This document shows, in pieces, positions 11,369 to 21,645 of a DNA stretch of 64,000 nt. Each line of letters opens with the position of its first letter. Within the stretch, counting starts at the first letter, position 1. The notes beneath the pieces were generated by a model. It was given only the letters and a program-made list of their open reading frames with translations. It did no database searches and was not told the DNA's origin. Source of the stretch: Macrostomum lignano (lineage: Eukaryota); the NCBI GenBank assembly GCA_002269645.1, contig NIVC01000947.1:186001-250000 (forward strand), written 5' to 3'. Both the position numbers and the translations under genes were made by a program.

Positions 11369-12774
11369 GATGTCGACTCCAAGGCGACAGGCAAAGTTCT
11401 CATTTTCTGTAGCCGTCTTATGAATCACAGCCTTGAAGGTTAACAGCGTCTCAAAGCTGTAGCCAGAAATCACCAGAGATGGATACTTAGTGATTAGATT
11501 GTGAAAGTTGAAAAGTCTGGGTGAATTTTTCATCGATTTGGAGTCTATCCGCAACTCCTTTGATGCCCAAGCCAAGCTCATGTAGCTTAGCTACAACTTC
11601 CGCTTGTTTTCTTCTAGCAAGGCAGGATAGGATTTCCAGATCAGCATGAAAAGTTCCAGTTTGTTGAATTGCTCGATCAGTTGGCCTTCGTCCTGACCAA
11701 GAGCGGCCGTGCAAAGATCTTTGGCATCGTTGAAACTGAAATAAAAGGATTAGTTTTTTTCAATGAAAACATATTAACTAAGTAATGAAGTTCTGTGATA
11801 AAAAACTTACCGACTCTTGACGGTAAGTCGCCCGTTGTTCACACTGCTCATCCTTTCTTTCAGACGAGCGATAAATCGTGCTTCTTTTTGAAACTTAGCT
11901 TCGTCGTCTTTGTTATTCTCCATACGATCTTTCTTTGAGGACTTACTTTCTAATGTTTGTAAAGTTTTTAGTAGATTCACCTGCTCGTCGTTAGGCAACT
12001 AACTAGCTTCAATGGCAAGGCTAGATTGATCTTTAGTACTGATACTCTTGATGGCAGTGATTATCTTAGAAGGAATCGCTGTATGGCTAGAAGAGGCCAT
12101 TATGAATTATTGTTTAAAAGAGGAAATGGGCTACTGTCTAAGGGCGGAGGCTCGGGAGCAAAGTTTATTTTGTGCGCTCCTAACAAGGAACTGGGAAGAC
12201 TTTTGAAAGATATGGGGGGTAGAGAGAGGCGTTTGAGACGGGAAGGGTTTAACTATTATTCTCAGCCCTGGCCAAACGCGACAGCTGCATTTGAAATGTT
12301 GAGAAGCAGAGGGGGGTATGTGGTTGATCGACTGCTATTTGCTGGGGGAACGTAGCCCTCTAGTGGATTTCGCGAATGTATTGCTATAAATTTTGTCAAT
12401 ACGATCTTGCGAAAGGGAAAGGAAAGAGTGGGGTTGGGAGTCTTAGCTCGTTTTGCTGGTGTTGGGTGCTTGCGGAGAGAGGGTGGGGGTGGCTTGATAG
12501 ATCGATTGCAACATCTAGTAACAGAAATTTCGCGTACATGTAGATATGTACATTTGAAAACGATTTTAGCTCTCTATATCTTCACTCGTAAAATGCCTTC
12601 GATTCAATCGCTTGAAAAAGTTTCGACGCATGCAGGCGTGGCCTTACTATACGGTACTAAAAAGTCATGTGAATTCCACACTGCTTCCAGCAGAAACATT
12701 TGTCTGCACTTTCCCAAGCAAATTTTCTATTTTAATTAAACACCTGCCTCAGAAAATGAAACCAGTGGTTTCAA

Positions 12775-13035
12775 AATTTAATGGGATTATGTTCAAAGTT
12801 TTCAGAGCACGTGCGACCCCCTTTTTTCTGATTCTATCAGGGATAATGTGGATGGATAGGCGGATTATGTTCGAAGTTTTCGGAGCAAGTTCGACCCCCC
12901 TTTTTCTGATTCTGTCGGGGATAATGTGGATGGATTTAGGTGGATTACAGATGACGTTTTGTGAGCGAGTGCGATTCCCTTTTTTCTGATTGTCAGGGAT
13001 AATATGGATGGATTCAATGGGATTATGGAGGACGT
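12775..13035. repeat. Degenerate ~60-80 bp tandem repeat (3 copies)
   Basis: cccttttttctgatt(c/g)t..c.gggataat.tggatgga occurs at ~12818, ~12897 and ~12977. Confidence 0.8.
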
Positions 13036-13439
13036 TAACAATTTTGTCCCAGAAGCCCCCTCATGCATTCTACTTAACTTTCCTGCATTTTAATCCATTA
13101 ATCTTGTCAGAGTAATTTCGGAGTGCAACAATTTTGTTGAATGGAAAATTTTTGTGGGTAAAAAAATTTAGAGATTTTTATAAAAATCTCTGGAGATTCT
13201 GTCAGGATTTAATCATCAATGTGAACCTCTAAAGCTTTAATTTGACAAAAAACAAATCTTCACATTATTTATTTCTAATGAAGAAATTAAAACATGCATG
13301 AGTTGCCCGTAAAAACTTTTAATTTACAGTTTTCAATATGAGTGACCGCATTTGGTTGTCAAATAAGCAGTAGGAAACACAATCTCTTCACATTCTGGTG
13401 CTTGATAGGTTTCAAGTACCTGAGTAGTATGCGAAAGGG

Positions 13440-13830
13440 GCTATCTAGGACAAAACTTATCGCAGCCTCTATAATCCACAAACTATTAACTTTATTCTTC
13501 CTAAAGAGATCAGGAAAAAAGGGTACCTGCGTCCAAAAAATCTGTCTCCATATTCTAAATTCTCTACTTTTATTATTCCTGATCAGTTTGTGAGTTGCAC
13601 TCTGTGAGCATAGTATTCTAGGACAAAAATTTACGCAGTCTCATTCCCAAAGAGATCATGGAAAAAAGGTTACCTGCCTCTTCTCCATATTCTCTACTTT
13701 TAGGACAAAACTTACGCAGCCTATTCCAGATCAGTCTAGCACAAAATATCCTAGGCTACTCACTAGGCCATCAAAACACTTACTTCTACAATCTTCTTAA
13801 AGAAATCATTATCTCGACTCTAAAAAATCT
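13440..13830 (+). repeat. Dispersed direct repeat copy A (copy B at 17315-17640), internally iterated
   Basis: The blocks ctaggacaaaa.tt.(t)cgcagcct..ataatccaca, aaagagatca.g.aaaaaagg.tacc and ctccatattctaaattctctactttt.ttattcc.gatcagtttgtgagttgca occur in the same order in both places. Confidence 0.85.
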
Positions 13831-14031
13831 TTCACCTCCAGTTTAATCAACCTAGTCTAAGTTTAGAATTCTATTTTTCAAAAGAGAATCACGAAAATCG
13901 GACCAATGCATTCGGTTAAACGTCACTTTTCATATCTGTATATTTGAGTAACAGATCGCCATCGATGACACACGTGTGTATTTATGTACCGTTCAGTAGT
14001 ATGCTCGAGTAAAAAGTTACAGTTACACTTG

Positions 14032-14652
14032 TCATCTGGGGCTCCTGCAGAGAGGACAGGTTTGCTTACCCCGAGCAAGTGCGGCTGTCAAACACTGGTT
14101 GCAGAAGACGCCCCTGCAGCATGTAGTAAAAACAGGATTTTGTGGTTCGTGCTGACAATAGGGACACAGACCTCCAGAATTTGGCCAATCCGTAACCATT
14201 TGCTCAGCCTTCGGCAGGATCACAGGTTGTGATGGACCGGGCTGCGGCGCGGCCGGTTGGGTTGGTGGTTGAAGCCATGTCGCCAGTTGCGGCGGCAAGT
14301 TTGTTAGCGCCGGCGGTTCCACAGGCGGATAGGGCAGTGGTGGATCGGCCTCTTGGAAGCAGATATTATCCTCTTCCTCTTCCTCCGCATGTCTTTCCTG
14401 ATTGAATCTAGTTTGTGTACGAACGGTTTCTTCTAGATGGCGAAGCTTATTTCGCGAGGATCAATACTCCCGAAGACGTTGCAAAAACAGTTCATTTTCT
14501 TTATATTGCGGCTGCTCTTCTTGAAGAAATACTTCCATATTTATCCTTCTGAAGTCAGATTTTCTGTGGCTGGCTTCGAGGGCCGCTAGTTTACTTCTCT
14601 GTTTCCGTTTTAATGCAACAACGCGTTCCTTGAGAGTCGAAAGAGACGGCAT
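14032..14652 (-). pseudogene. Intronless coiled-coil / acidic / Pro-rich / C-terminal RING-finger gene (one in-frame TGA)
   Basis: ORFs 14461..14652 and 14032..14322 are in the same frame, joined by 46 open codons after a TGA. The C-terminus CPYC...TCCRGVFCNQC...CPLC is a RING-type Cys pattern. Confidence 0.75.
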
Positions 14653-16974
14653 GTTTTGGCGAAAGAGACGTGCACAATTCTTCCTTGAATTTATACAAGG
14701 AAGACTAGAAAATTCTAGAACAAAAATGCCGTCATGGTTATTTTTAAATATTCATAGAGGCCAACTAGGCGGGCCATATTCCGAGGCCGAGGCCGAATAG
14801 GCGGGCCAAGTGGCCTCGCAATTTGGCCAATAATCAATATCAATCAAGGAGAGAATCCCAACATACACAGTCCATGCATGCTAATGGCGGCGAAGCGGTT
14901 GACTTTTTTCCTTTTCTGCTCTTAGCTCTCGGGAGAATGAGAGAATCCCTCTTGTGCGCAACTCTTTATGGAATAAAAAACTGTCCTCACTCAAATCCAC
15001 ACTTGGAACCTCCAACTTATTCTCTCCACTTGCTCAAATGAGCATTATATTTGTACACTGTTTAAAAAAAGCATTTGCACATAGCAGGCTACGACAGCCA
15101 CAGCTATGTTTAAGCAGTTCACATTCTCTCAATGATCAACGTCAATACAAACTCTTCACCATTGCAGCAGTCTGCCTATTTCTTTACTAGGCGCGTGCAA
15201 TAGAAGACCTAACACTTCTCCCAAACACCCGCCGCTCAAAAAATAAGCTGAATTTTCTTGCTTTAAATATTCTGCTCTCTCAACTCCCAGCTCTCTCAGC
15301 AGTCTTCCTAGTTCTTTATTAGGAGCATGCAATACAAAAACCACCCTTCTCCCAAACAGCCGCCAAGCCCCAACGCCAACTTCGTCTTACCAAAAATAAC
15401 AGCTTTAACTAGCTTCCGAGCGATCGATTCCCTCCACCCGCTTGAAGTCCCCATATTGTCTAGTCTCCTAAGCAGTTCTTTGTCCCAGCGATTCTTCTCC
15501 TCAGGAAAATCCCTATACTTAACATCGTGCCACATGCAGACAGAGTCTAGCTTGTTTACAGGCTCATGCCCAGGATTTGGATTATTGTTTTTATTTAACT
15601 GAATTTCAAGCGGATTTAAAGGCCCACACTATTCTTAGCCGGGAATTGTCCAGCCTTTGTTTGGATGAGGAAGCTTTTCTATCAGTCCATGTGAATCTAA
15701 GTTACCACCAGAGCCTTGCATTTTATTAAAAAAATTCTTTAAAAAATGACAGAGCAGAAACTTCAAAAGCTTTACTACAGCGACAAATGATTCTTTGTAG
15801 GTAAAAATGCAGTCACTAAACTCGCAGAACTAAGTAATGAATCAAAAGAGTTTCTCACAAAAGCGATTGCCATACAAGCAGAGAAGGTCGTTTTATTTTC
15901 AGCGCTGACCTGCATCCTTTATATACTAAATTTTAGGGGAGAAAGATTACATACTGTTAGTAGAGATTACCGGGTAATTAACTTCTGCCTCACTAACCAT
16001 AGCCGCCCTAGAAAAAGTATAATAATATAATAATTATAGCCTTAAAATGATATAAAAATGATATAAAATGATATAATGATAATATGATATGATATAAAAA
16101 TTATAGTTTAATTTGGCTTAATAAATTTAATTGCAATACACCAACACATAGATGGGCCCTAAGTTTATAACATTTATATGCCCCCTATCATATAGCCCCC
16201 CCCCCTATCTGGACTGTAGTCTATATAGGCTCGCTCAAGATAGTTGGCTATTGGCTTGTTAAAGTTAAAGCTAAGTTCTGGAAACTAAAATAACCCAACG
16301 TCATCCTAGGGCTTAAGCTAGACAGTTCGATCGATCAAAGTACTTAGTACTCCACTACGGTATGATCAGACTATCAGTATCTATCTAGCAGTCAGATAAT
16401 TTAAAATAGATTTAGTAATTCGAATTATACGTTTAGTACAGTTGTTTGGATTATGGATTGAAATAGATTTATTAACTTGCGAACAAGAAGACAACTTAAA
16501 AGCTTACAAGCTTCTAGCTCTGACAAAACAATTTATGCACAAGAGGTAAAACAAAAATGCCTAATTAAATACTCTTAGGGTAGCAAATTAATGTTCTCAA
16601 ACAAAATAATTACTAATAAAACTGTACTTACTCACGCAATTAAGCGCAAAAAGCAATTTAAATTAATGAATATAAAAATAAATAAAAGACAGCAGTAGCG
16701 ATGCGCTTACTGCAAGTAAAAATATGCGTAATTTACAAGTAAATTTTATACTGACTTTCGTAAGGCAACGAATAGTCATCTAAAAGTTTTACTTTTCAAA
16801 GTTACCCTACCAAAGTTGCCTTATTTTTGCCTAATAGACATCTAAAGAAATCTTAAGGCAAATTCAAGATGACTTTTAGACCAAAATTTTTAGCAGGGTC
16901 ACTTTAACATCCAAGATCCAGGATCAGAAGAGCCAAGCATTGGTTAAGAAGTATGAGACTCTCACAGGTCAAAT

Positions 16975-17298
16975 GTGTCGAAATACCCACAGAATAAGCA
17001 AGAGCAGGAAGACTTGGAGAGCATCATTTACCAAATTGAAGCAGAACTACAAACTGAAGGCATTAAATTTGCACAGAGAAAATTCACAGAGCACAATATT
17101 GAGTACACAATCCACAACAAAGAAGCCGCCACATACACCTATGACTACAACATTGGAGAAATCCAACGCGCAGAAACCCCTACAGACATAAACGACTTCA
17201 AAGACAGAATCCAATCAGTAATTGATCACACACTGAAATCACGTAAGATATTCAAACTTCAGTTTTCATTCAATATTGCATTTGACATGCCCGAGTAG
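16975..17298 (+). CDS. ORF fragment of unknown function, possibly Maverick-derived
   Basis: 107-aa open frame with globular composition, cut by repeat copy B. No diagnostic motif. Confidence 0.3.
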   Translation: MSKYPQNKQEQEDLESIIYQIEAELQTEGIKFAQRKFTEHNIEYTIHNKEAATYTYDYNIGEIQRAETPTDINDFKDRIQSVIDHTLKSRKIFKLQFSFNIAFDMPE

Positions 17299-17314
17299 TA
17301 TGGGAAGGGGGCTT

Positions 17315-17640
17315 TCTAGGACAAAAATTTTCGCAGCCTCCATAATCCACAATCTATAACTATTATTTTCAAAGAGATCATGAAAAAAGGTACCAGCCCC
17401 TCACAAAATCTGCCTCCATATTCTAAATTCTCTACTTTTATTATTCCAGATCAGTTTGTGAGTTGCATTCTATGGGCCTAGTAGTCTAGGACAAAAATTA
17501 TCGCAGCCTCAATACCAGAAGAGATCATAAAAAAAGGGTACCTGCCTCTCAAAAAATTATTCCAACATCTCTAGTTTTATTATCAAAAAATTACGCAGTC
17601 TAGCACAAAATATCTGTCTCCATATTCCCAGCCTTGCAAA
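17315..17640 (+). repeat. Dispersed direct repeat copy B (copy A at 13440-13830)
   Basis: See copy A. Confidence 0.85.
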
Positions 17641-17699
17641 AAAGTGTGCCAAGACAATCAAATTAGCGCCAATTCCAAAACCCAGGGTGCTTATCTTCC

Positions 17700-18050
17700 G
17701 AAAAGATCTAAATTTTCTCTAAAATGTTTCCAGTTGTCTCTCCAGGGTGGTAATTGTTTTGCAAAGACATGATTACCTGTCACCTATTCATAGGGGTAGA
17801 AACCTTTATTTCTGAGAAGCTTAAACGACTCTGGGGATAGCAACTTAAAATAAGTGCATTGGTTATCGGTGAGATTTTTACTCAAAGCATCGAGACTCGC
17901 GGCCAGAAACTTGAATGAATCTTTGATCTTAATCTTACCTGATTCTTGCTTAACATCAATGCACTTGAACTTTTCTTTGTTCTCTGCACTGCATTCTATG
18001 TTAATGCCTAGTATTGAAGTACAATGCTGTTTGCTTTCCGGTTTAGGCAC
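17700..18050 (-). pseudogene. Protein-primed DNA polymerase B (Maverick type) fragment
   Basis: AENKEKF...KDSFKFLAASLDALSKNL...LLRNKGFYPYE matches the Maverick pPolB DSF.FL..SLD.L..NL and KG.YPYEY motifs. It degrades after YPYE. Confidence 0.85.
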
Positions 18051-18964
18051 TTGAGATTACCTTAAGACTCGAGCCTCTTCAGTGGGAAGTTCTCTTAACT
18101 CTCAGTAGCGTAGGTAGTGCTGCCACCAGTTTTTTCAGGTCTCGGCCTTCGGTGAGGTGAGCTTTCCGTCGGAACGAAATAACGAAGTCAACGAACTCAG
18201 CACCGGGTGCAGATTTGCAGTTCAACGTACAAGGCGTCTCGTCAGCAGCACCTGTTGGGCTTGTTGGACCAGGGAGGGCTGAGTTAGCCTCTCGTAGGCT
18301 TCGGGTTTGCTTTAGATGGGTCTCAGTCAGACCAATAGCAGAGAGATAGTTGTACGCAGAACAGACACTTAGAGAACGGGTGACTCAGACTCGGAAACTG
18401 CAGTCTTCAAACGCAGAAAACTCATTGACGGAAACAAGGGGAAAGGGGTCCTATTTATAGCGCGGGATTCACCCCTGGCCCATTGCACAAGATCTCGTGA
18501 CTCGTTCTTTTTTTAGAACTGACGTTACTCAGGGCCTCCGGGCAGGGTCCCAATGCGCGCAAGACCTCGTGACTCGTTCTATTTTTAGAACTGACGTCAC
18601 TTGGGGTCTTCAGGCAGAGTGCACGCGGCTGTGACTCAGTTGCTATTTTTAGCAACCATGAATCACTCCTCTCCTTAGAGAAGGGAGGGGCCTTAAGCAC
18701 ATGACTCTCCCAGTAAACAAGACCAACGAGTGCAGTAAACTTGTTTCGGGAAACCGAGACTGACGCAACAAACACAGCCCACAGCAGAAAAGCTGGGGGG
18801 CTGAAAAACGCAGGGCAAAACAGGCAGGAGAGAAGGGAGCAGCAACAGAAAGCCAAAAGGAGGGAGGCGGGAAGCTGACCAGCGGCAGACAGCAACCCAG
18901 GGCGAGGGCAAGGGCAACTGCTGAGAAAGTGCGACGCCTAACACTAAACTAGCGGATCACTACA
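18050..18964 (-). repeat. 3' LTR (truncated) of Gypsy element 2
   Basis: Minus strand: PPT gagcggggagag then TGTAGTGA (18964). Duplicated enhancer-like blocks with tgacgt(c/t)a at ~18490-18610, TATAAATA at ~18453-18460, and tggtggcagc at 18119-18128. Cut at ~18050. Confidence 0.7.
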
Positions 18965-19599
18965 CTCTCCCCGCTCAAATGAGTGGAAGCGAAGCGCGCT
19001 TCATTTAGAAAAATAGAAAAACGTTTATGTAATTTGGCAAAGTAAAATGAGTCCTGGCAAAAAGTTGGAATAGTCACAGTGACTACGGCGTTGGATGGCT
19101 GGGCTAGGGCCAGTGAATGCAGCCCTAAATGTTAAATTGAAAAGGGGGCGCCAGCCCTTAAGAAAACAGGCGCCTAAATACCGGGATGCTTTTGAACAGT
19201 GGCAGAGCCCGTGTGTCATAATAAAAGGGTTGTTTGGCAAGCAGTGAAGAAAAGGGGCCACCACGGGCCTAATGACAAAACGGCTGGGCAAAGGCCGGTG
19301 TGGTGCCCTAATGCGTTCGGGGGCGCCGGCCCGAGAAATGCAAGGCGCCTAAATATGGTTCGCATGATGAGAAAAAAAAATGGCGAGCGGCACCGGAAAA
19401 AGGGGCAGGGTGAACCCCGCAGAGCCCCTGAGCAAATGCTCGATCCTAAGCTTAGGCAGCAGAAAAAGGGGAACGAGTGGCGTTAGAAAATGCGGCTTAA
19501 GGATCGCATTCACGCATGCAGTTGGCAAATCCTAGGGCTGTCTTAGTCTTCAGTTCATTGCCCTTTCAGAAATTCGGCCGCGTCGGGCGAGCACTCCCG

Positions 19600-19945
19600 G
19601 AAGCTTCGGAGTGTGGCCGGCAATCTCGCGAGCCAAGGTCCAAGCGGCGGAGCGAATGGCGGGCCCGTGCCTCGACCGCACCAGCTCAGGGCCGGCAATC
19701 GTCTCGAGCCACCATCGTCAGCAGGTCTGCTACTCGGGCGGCCGCCTCCTTGACAAGGCGTCGCCGCTCCTGTGCACCCAGGAGGTCCTCGACCAGCTGA
19801 GGGCCGCCACTGGCCGTCTGGACGGCAGCGTCCACCGAGGTGGTCTGGACCAGCAGGTCGGGCGAGCCCATTGGGAAGGCCGCCTGCAGTTCGTCGGCCA
19901 GCTGCCGCCATGAATACTCCTGCAGACTACAACTGACAAAAAAGG
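19600..19945 (-). CDS. Second accessory ORF of Gypsy element 2 (SWRQLADELQAAFPMGSPDLLVQTTSVDAAVQTA...), unknown function
   Basis: GC-rich coding-like frame preceded by ttttttgtcag (possible splice acceptor). It stops at 19686, with an apparent continuation in a shifted frame. Confidence 0.4.
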
Positions 19946-20488
19946 CTTGTCACATGACTGGCTCACATGACAACGGGAAATGACCCATTAGTGAAGCCAA
20001 TAGTAACCTTGACAGCGCAAAACAGAACGGCGCTCCAAATTTGGAAGTGCCAAACTGGGGACGAAACAGAGATAGGTCAGACTAAGCTGTCTAGGCACTG
20101 CAAAACAAGAGCACGAGACAAGGGGGCAAACGAGGACAGACACAACAAGGGACAGGCCAGAGGACTGGCGAGAAGGGACAGGCAACTGCCCAGCGGCAGA
20201 CAGAAGCCTGGGGCGAGGGCGAGGGAACAGCTGACTAGTGCGGCGCCTAAACTAAACTAGCGACTCACTACACTCTCCTCGTTTAAAAAAAGAGGCGGAG
20301 TAAGGCGGCGCGCGCTTTTTTTAAAATTAAACACATCCAGACAGTTAAATATTAAAAAACTTGACAAAATAAAATGCTGCTGAGAATAAATTGCTGCAGA
20401 GAAAAATCGCTGCTGATATTTTTGTGGGCTGGGCCAATGCCAAGGATGTTGGCTCGTACCGCGGGGCGCATGCCCGCTACCAAAACGC

Positions 20489-20938
20489 CTAAACGCCTAT
20501 CTCTGGGCGGGGGGGGGGGGGTCGGACGGGACCGAATAGGTTCGGCAACAGCCTGAGCTGCGGTGGCTCTGCGCTCTGCACTTCTGTGCTTTTCTTGAAT
20601 TGGCCTGCCCCACATTCAGCCTCTAGCGCCGGTCCTTCATCCGCTTCCAACTTGTCGTTGACATTAGTCTTCACGTGGTTCAACAATTCCTCGATGAATT
20701 GCTCTAACTCTTTCCTTTGCTCTTTTTCCTTCGTAGCCTCTGCCAACGCGCCTAAGTCTACATCAATTACCAGTCGCCGGTGAACGTCTTCTTCATCCAA
20801 CTGCTTCGTGTCGATTTCTGGCTGTTTTTTTAATATTCGGGCGAATATCGGTTGGGATGGCTTGTTTTCATCTTCTCGACGCCTTTTCGCACCATAATTC
20901 TTCTTGACTGAATAGCAGCGCAACGGAGCTTCGGCCAT
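20489..20938 (-). CDS. Gypsy accessory ORF, homolog of 5710..6537 (C-terminus probably frameshifted)
   Basis: MAEAPLRCYSVKKNYGAKRRREDE versus MADAPERVYPIKTIYSGKRRRRDSDE, and RRLVIDVDLGALAEATKEKEQRKELEQFIEELL versus RLMIDLKGVDLEAETKKQEEERKEEHNEFLRMLL. The upstream DNA (cagctc.aa...atggc.ga.gc.cc) is also conserved. Confidence 0.75.
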   Translation of the reverse strand: MAEAPLRCYSVKKNYGAKRRREDENKPSQPIFARILKKQPEIDTKQLDEEDVHRRLVIDVDLGALAEATKEKEQRKELEQFIEELLNHVKTNVNDKLEADEGPALEAECGAGQFKKSTEVQSAEPPQLRLLPNLFGPVRPPPPRPEIGV

Positions 20939-21464
20939 TTAAGTTATTTTTGAGCTGCAATAGGTTAAATAGGTTTTTAACAACGCCGTTATCCTCGGCG
21001 TAAAGAAAGAGACAGAAGAGGAGATTTACAGAGTGACAGACACGAAAAGAGAATATGCTGACAGAGAAAGAAGTGGAGAAGTAGAGATTTACATTTTTCT
21101 TGAGCTTATCAAAGTTCTTTTTAATGGGTACAAAACTAGGTTTGTCAAGAAGTATGAAGACCCAAGTCTAAAAATAAGCCCATTCACTCGTTTTATTGAC
21201 TGCACGCAAGCGTTAGCAATGTACGCATTGACTAGCTAAGTAGAATAGAGAAAAGAGCTGTGTACTCGAAATTTGCTGACATCGCCTGCAGCAGCGGCGT
21301 TCTGTGGCGGAGGACCAGTGTAGCTAACATCGCCTGTAGCAGCGACGGAGTTCTGTGACGGAGGACCATTGTCGCCGAGAGCGCCTGCAGCGACGGCTGA
21401 GCAGGCTGTAGCGGCGATGTCGGCGCTATTTGGATCTAGTAACTCATTCAGTAGTTACTAGTTA

Positions 21465-21645
21465 CTTATATTGTCTGCCTGGCCAACCCGAAGCTCGAGT
21501 TAGGAGAGCTGCCCAAACTCCACCGGCCGTACAAAAGTATGTACAAGGTGGTGAAGAAAGTTGGCGAAGTGGCCTACTGGATCAAGCCTGCGACAGCGTG
21601 ACGAGGACGCCCAGCCGAGATGTTGGTACATTGGCCCTTCTCGCT
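21465..21645 (+). pseudogene. Inverted fragment of Gypsy integrase C-terminal (GPY/F) region
   Basis: Plus-strand translation VCLANPKLELGELPKLHRPYKSMYKVVKKVGEVAYWI...LVH, opposite to the surrounding minus-strand gag and accessory ORFs. Confidence 0.75.
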
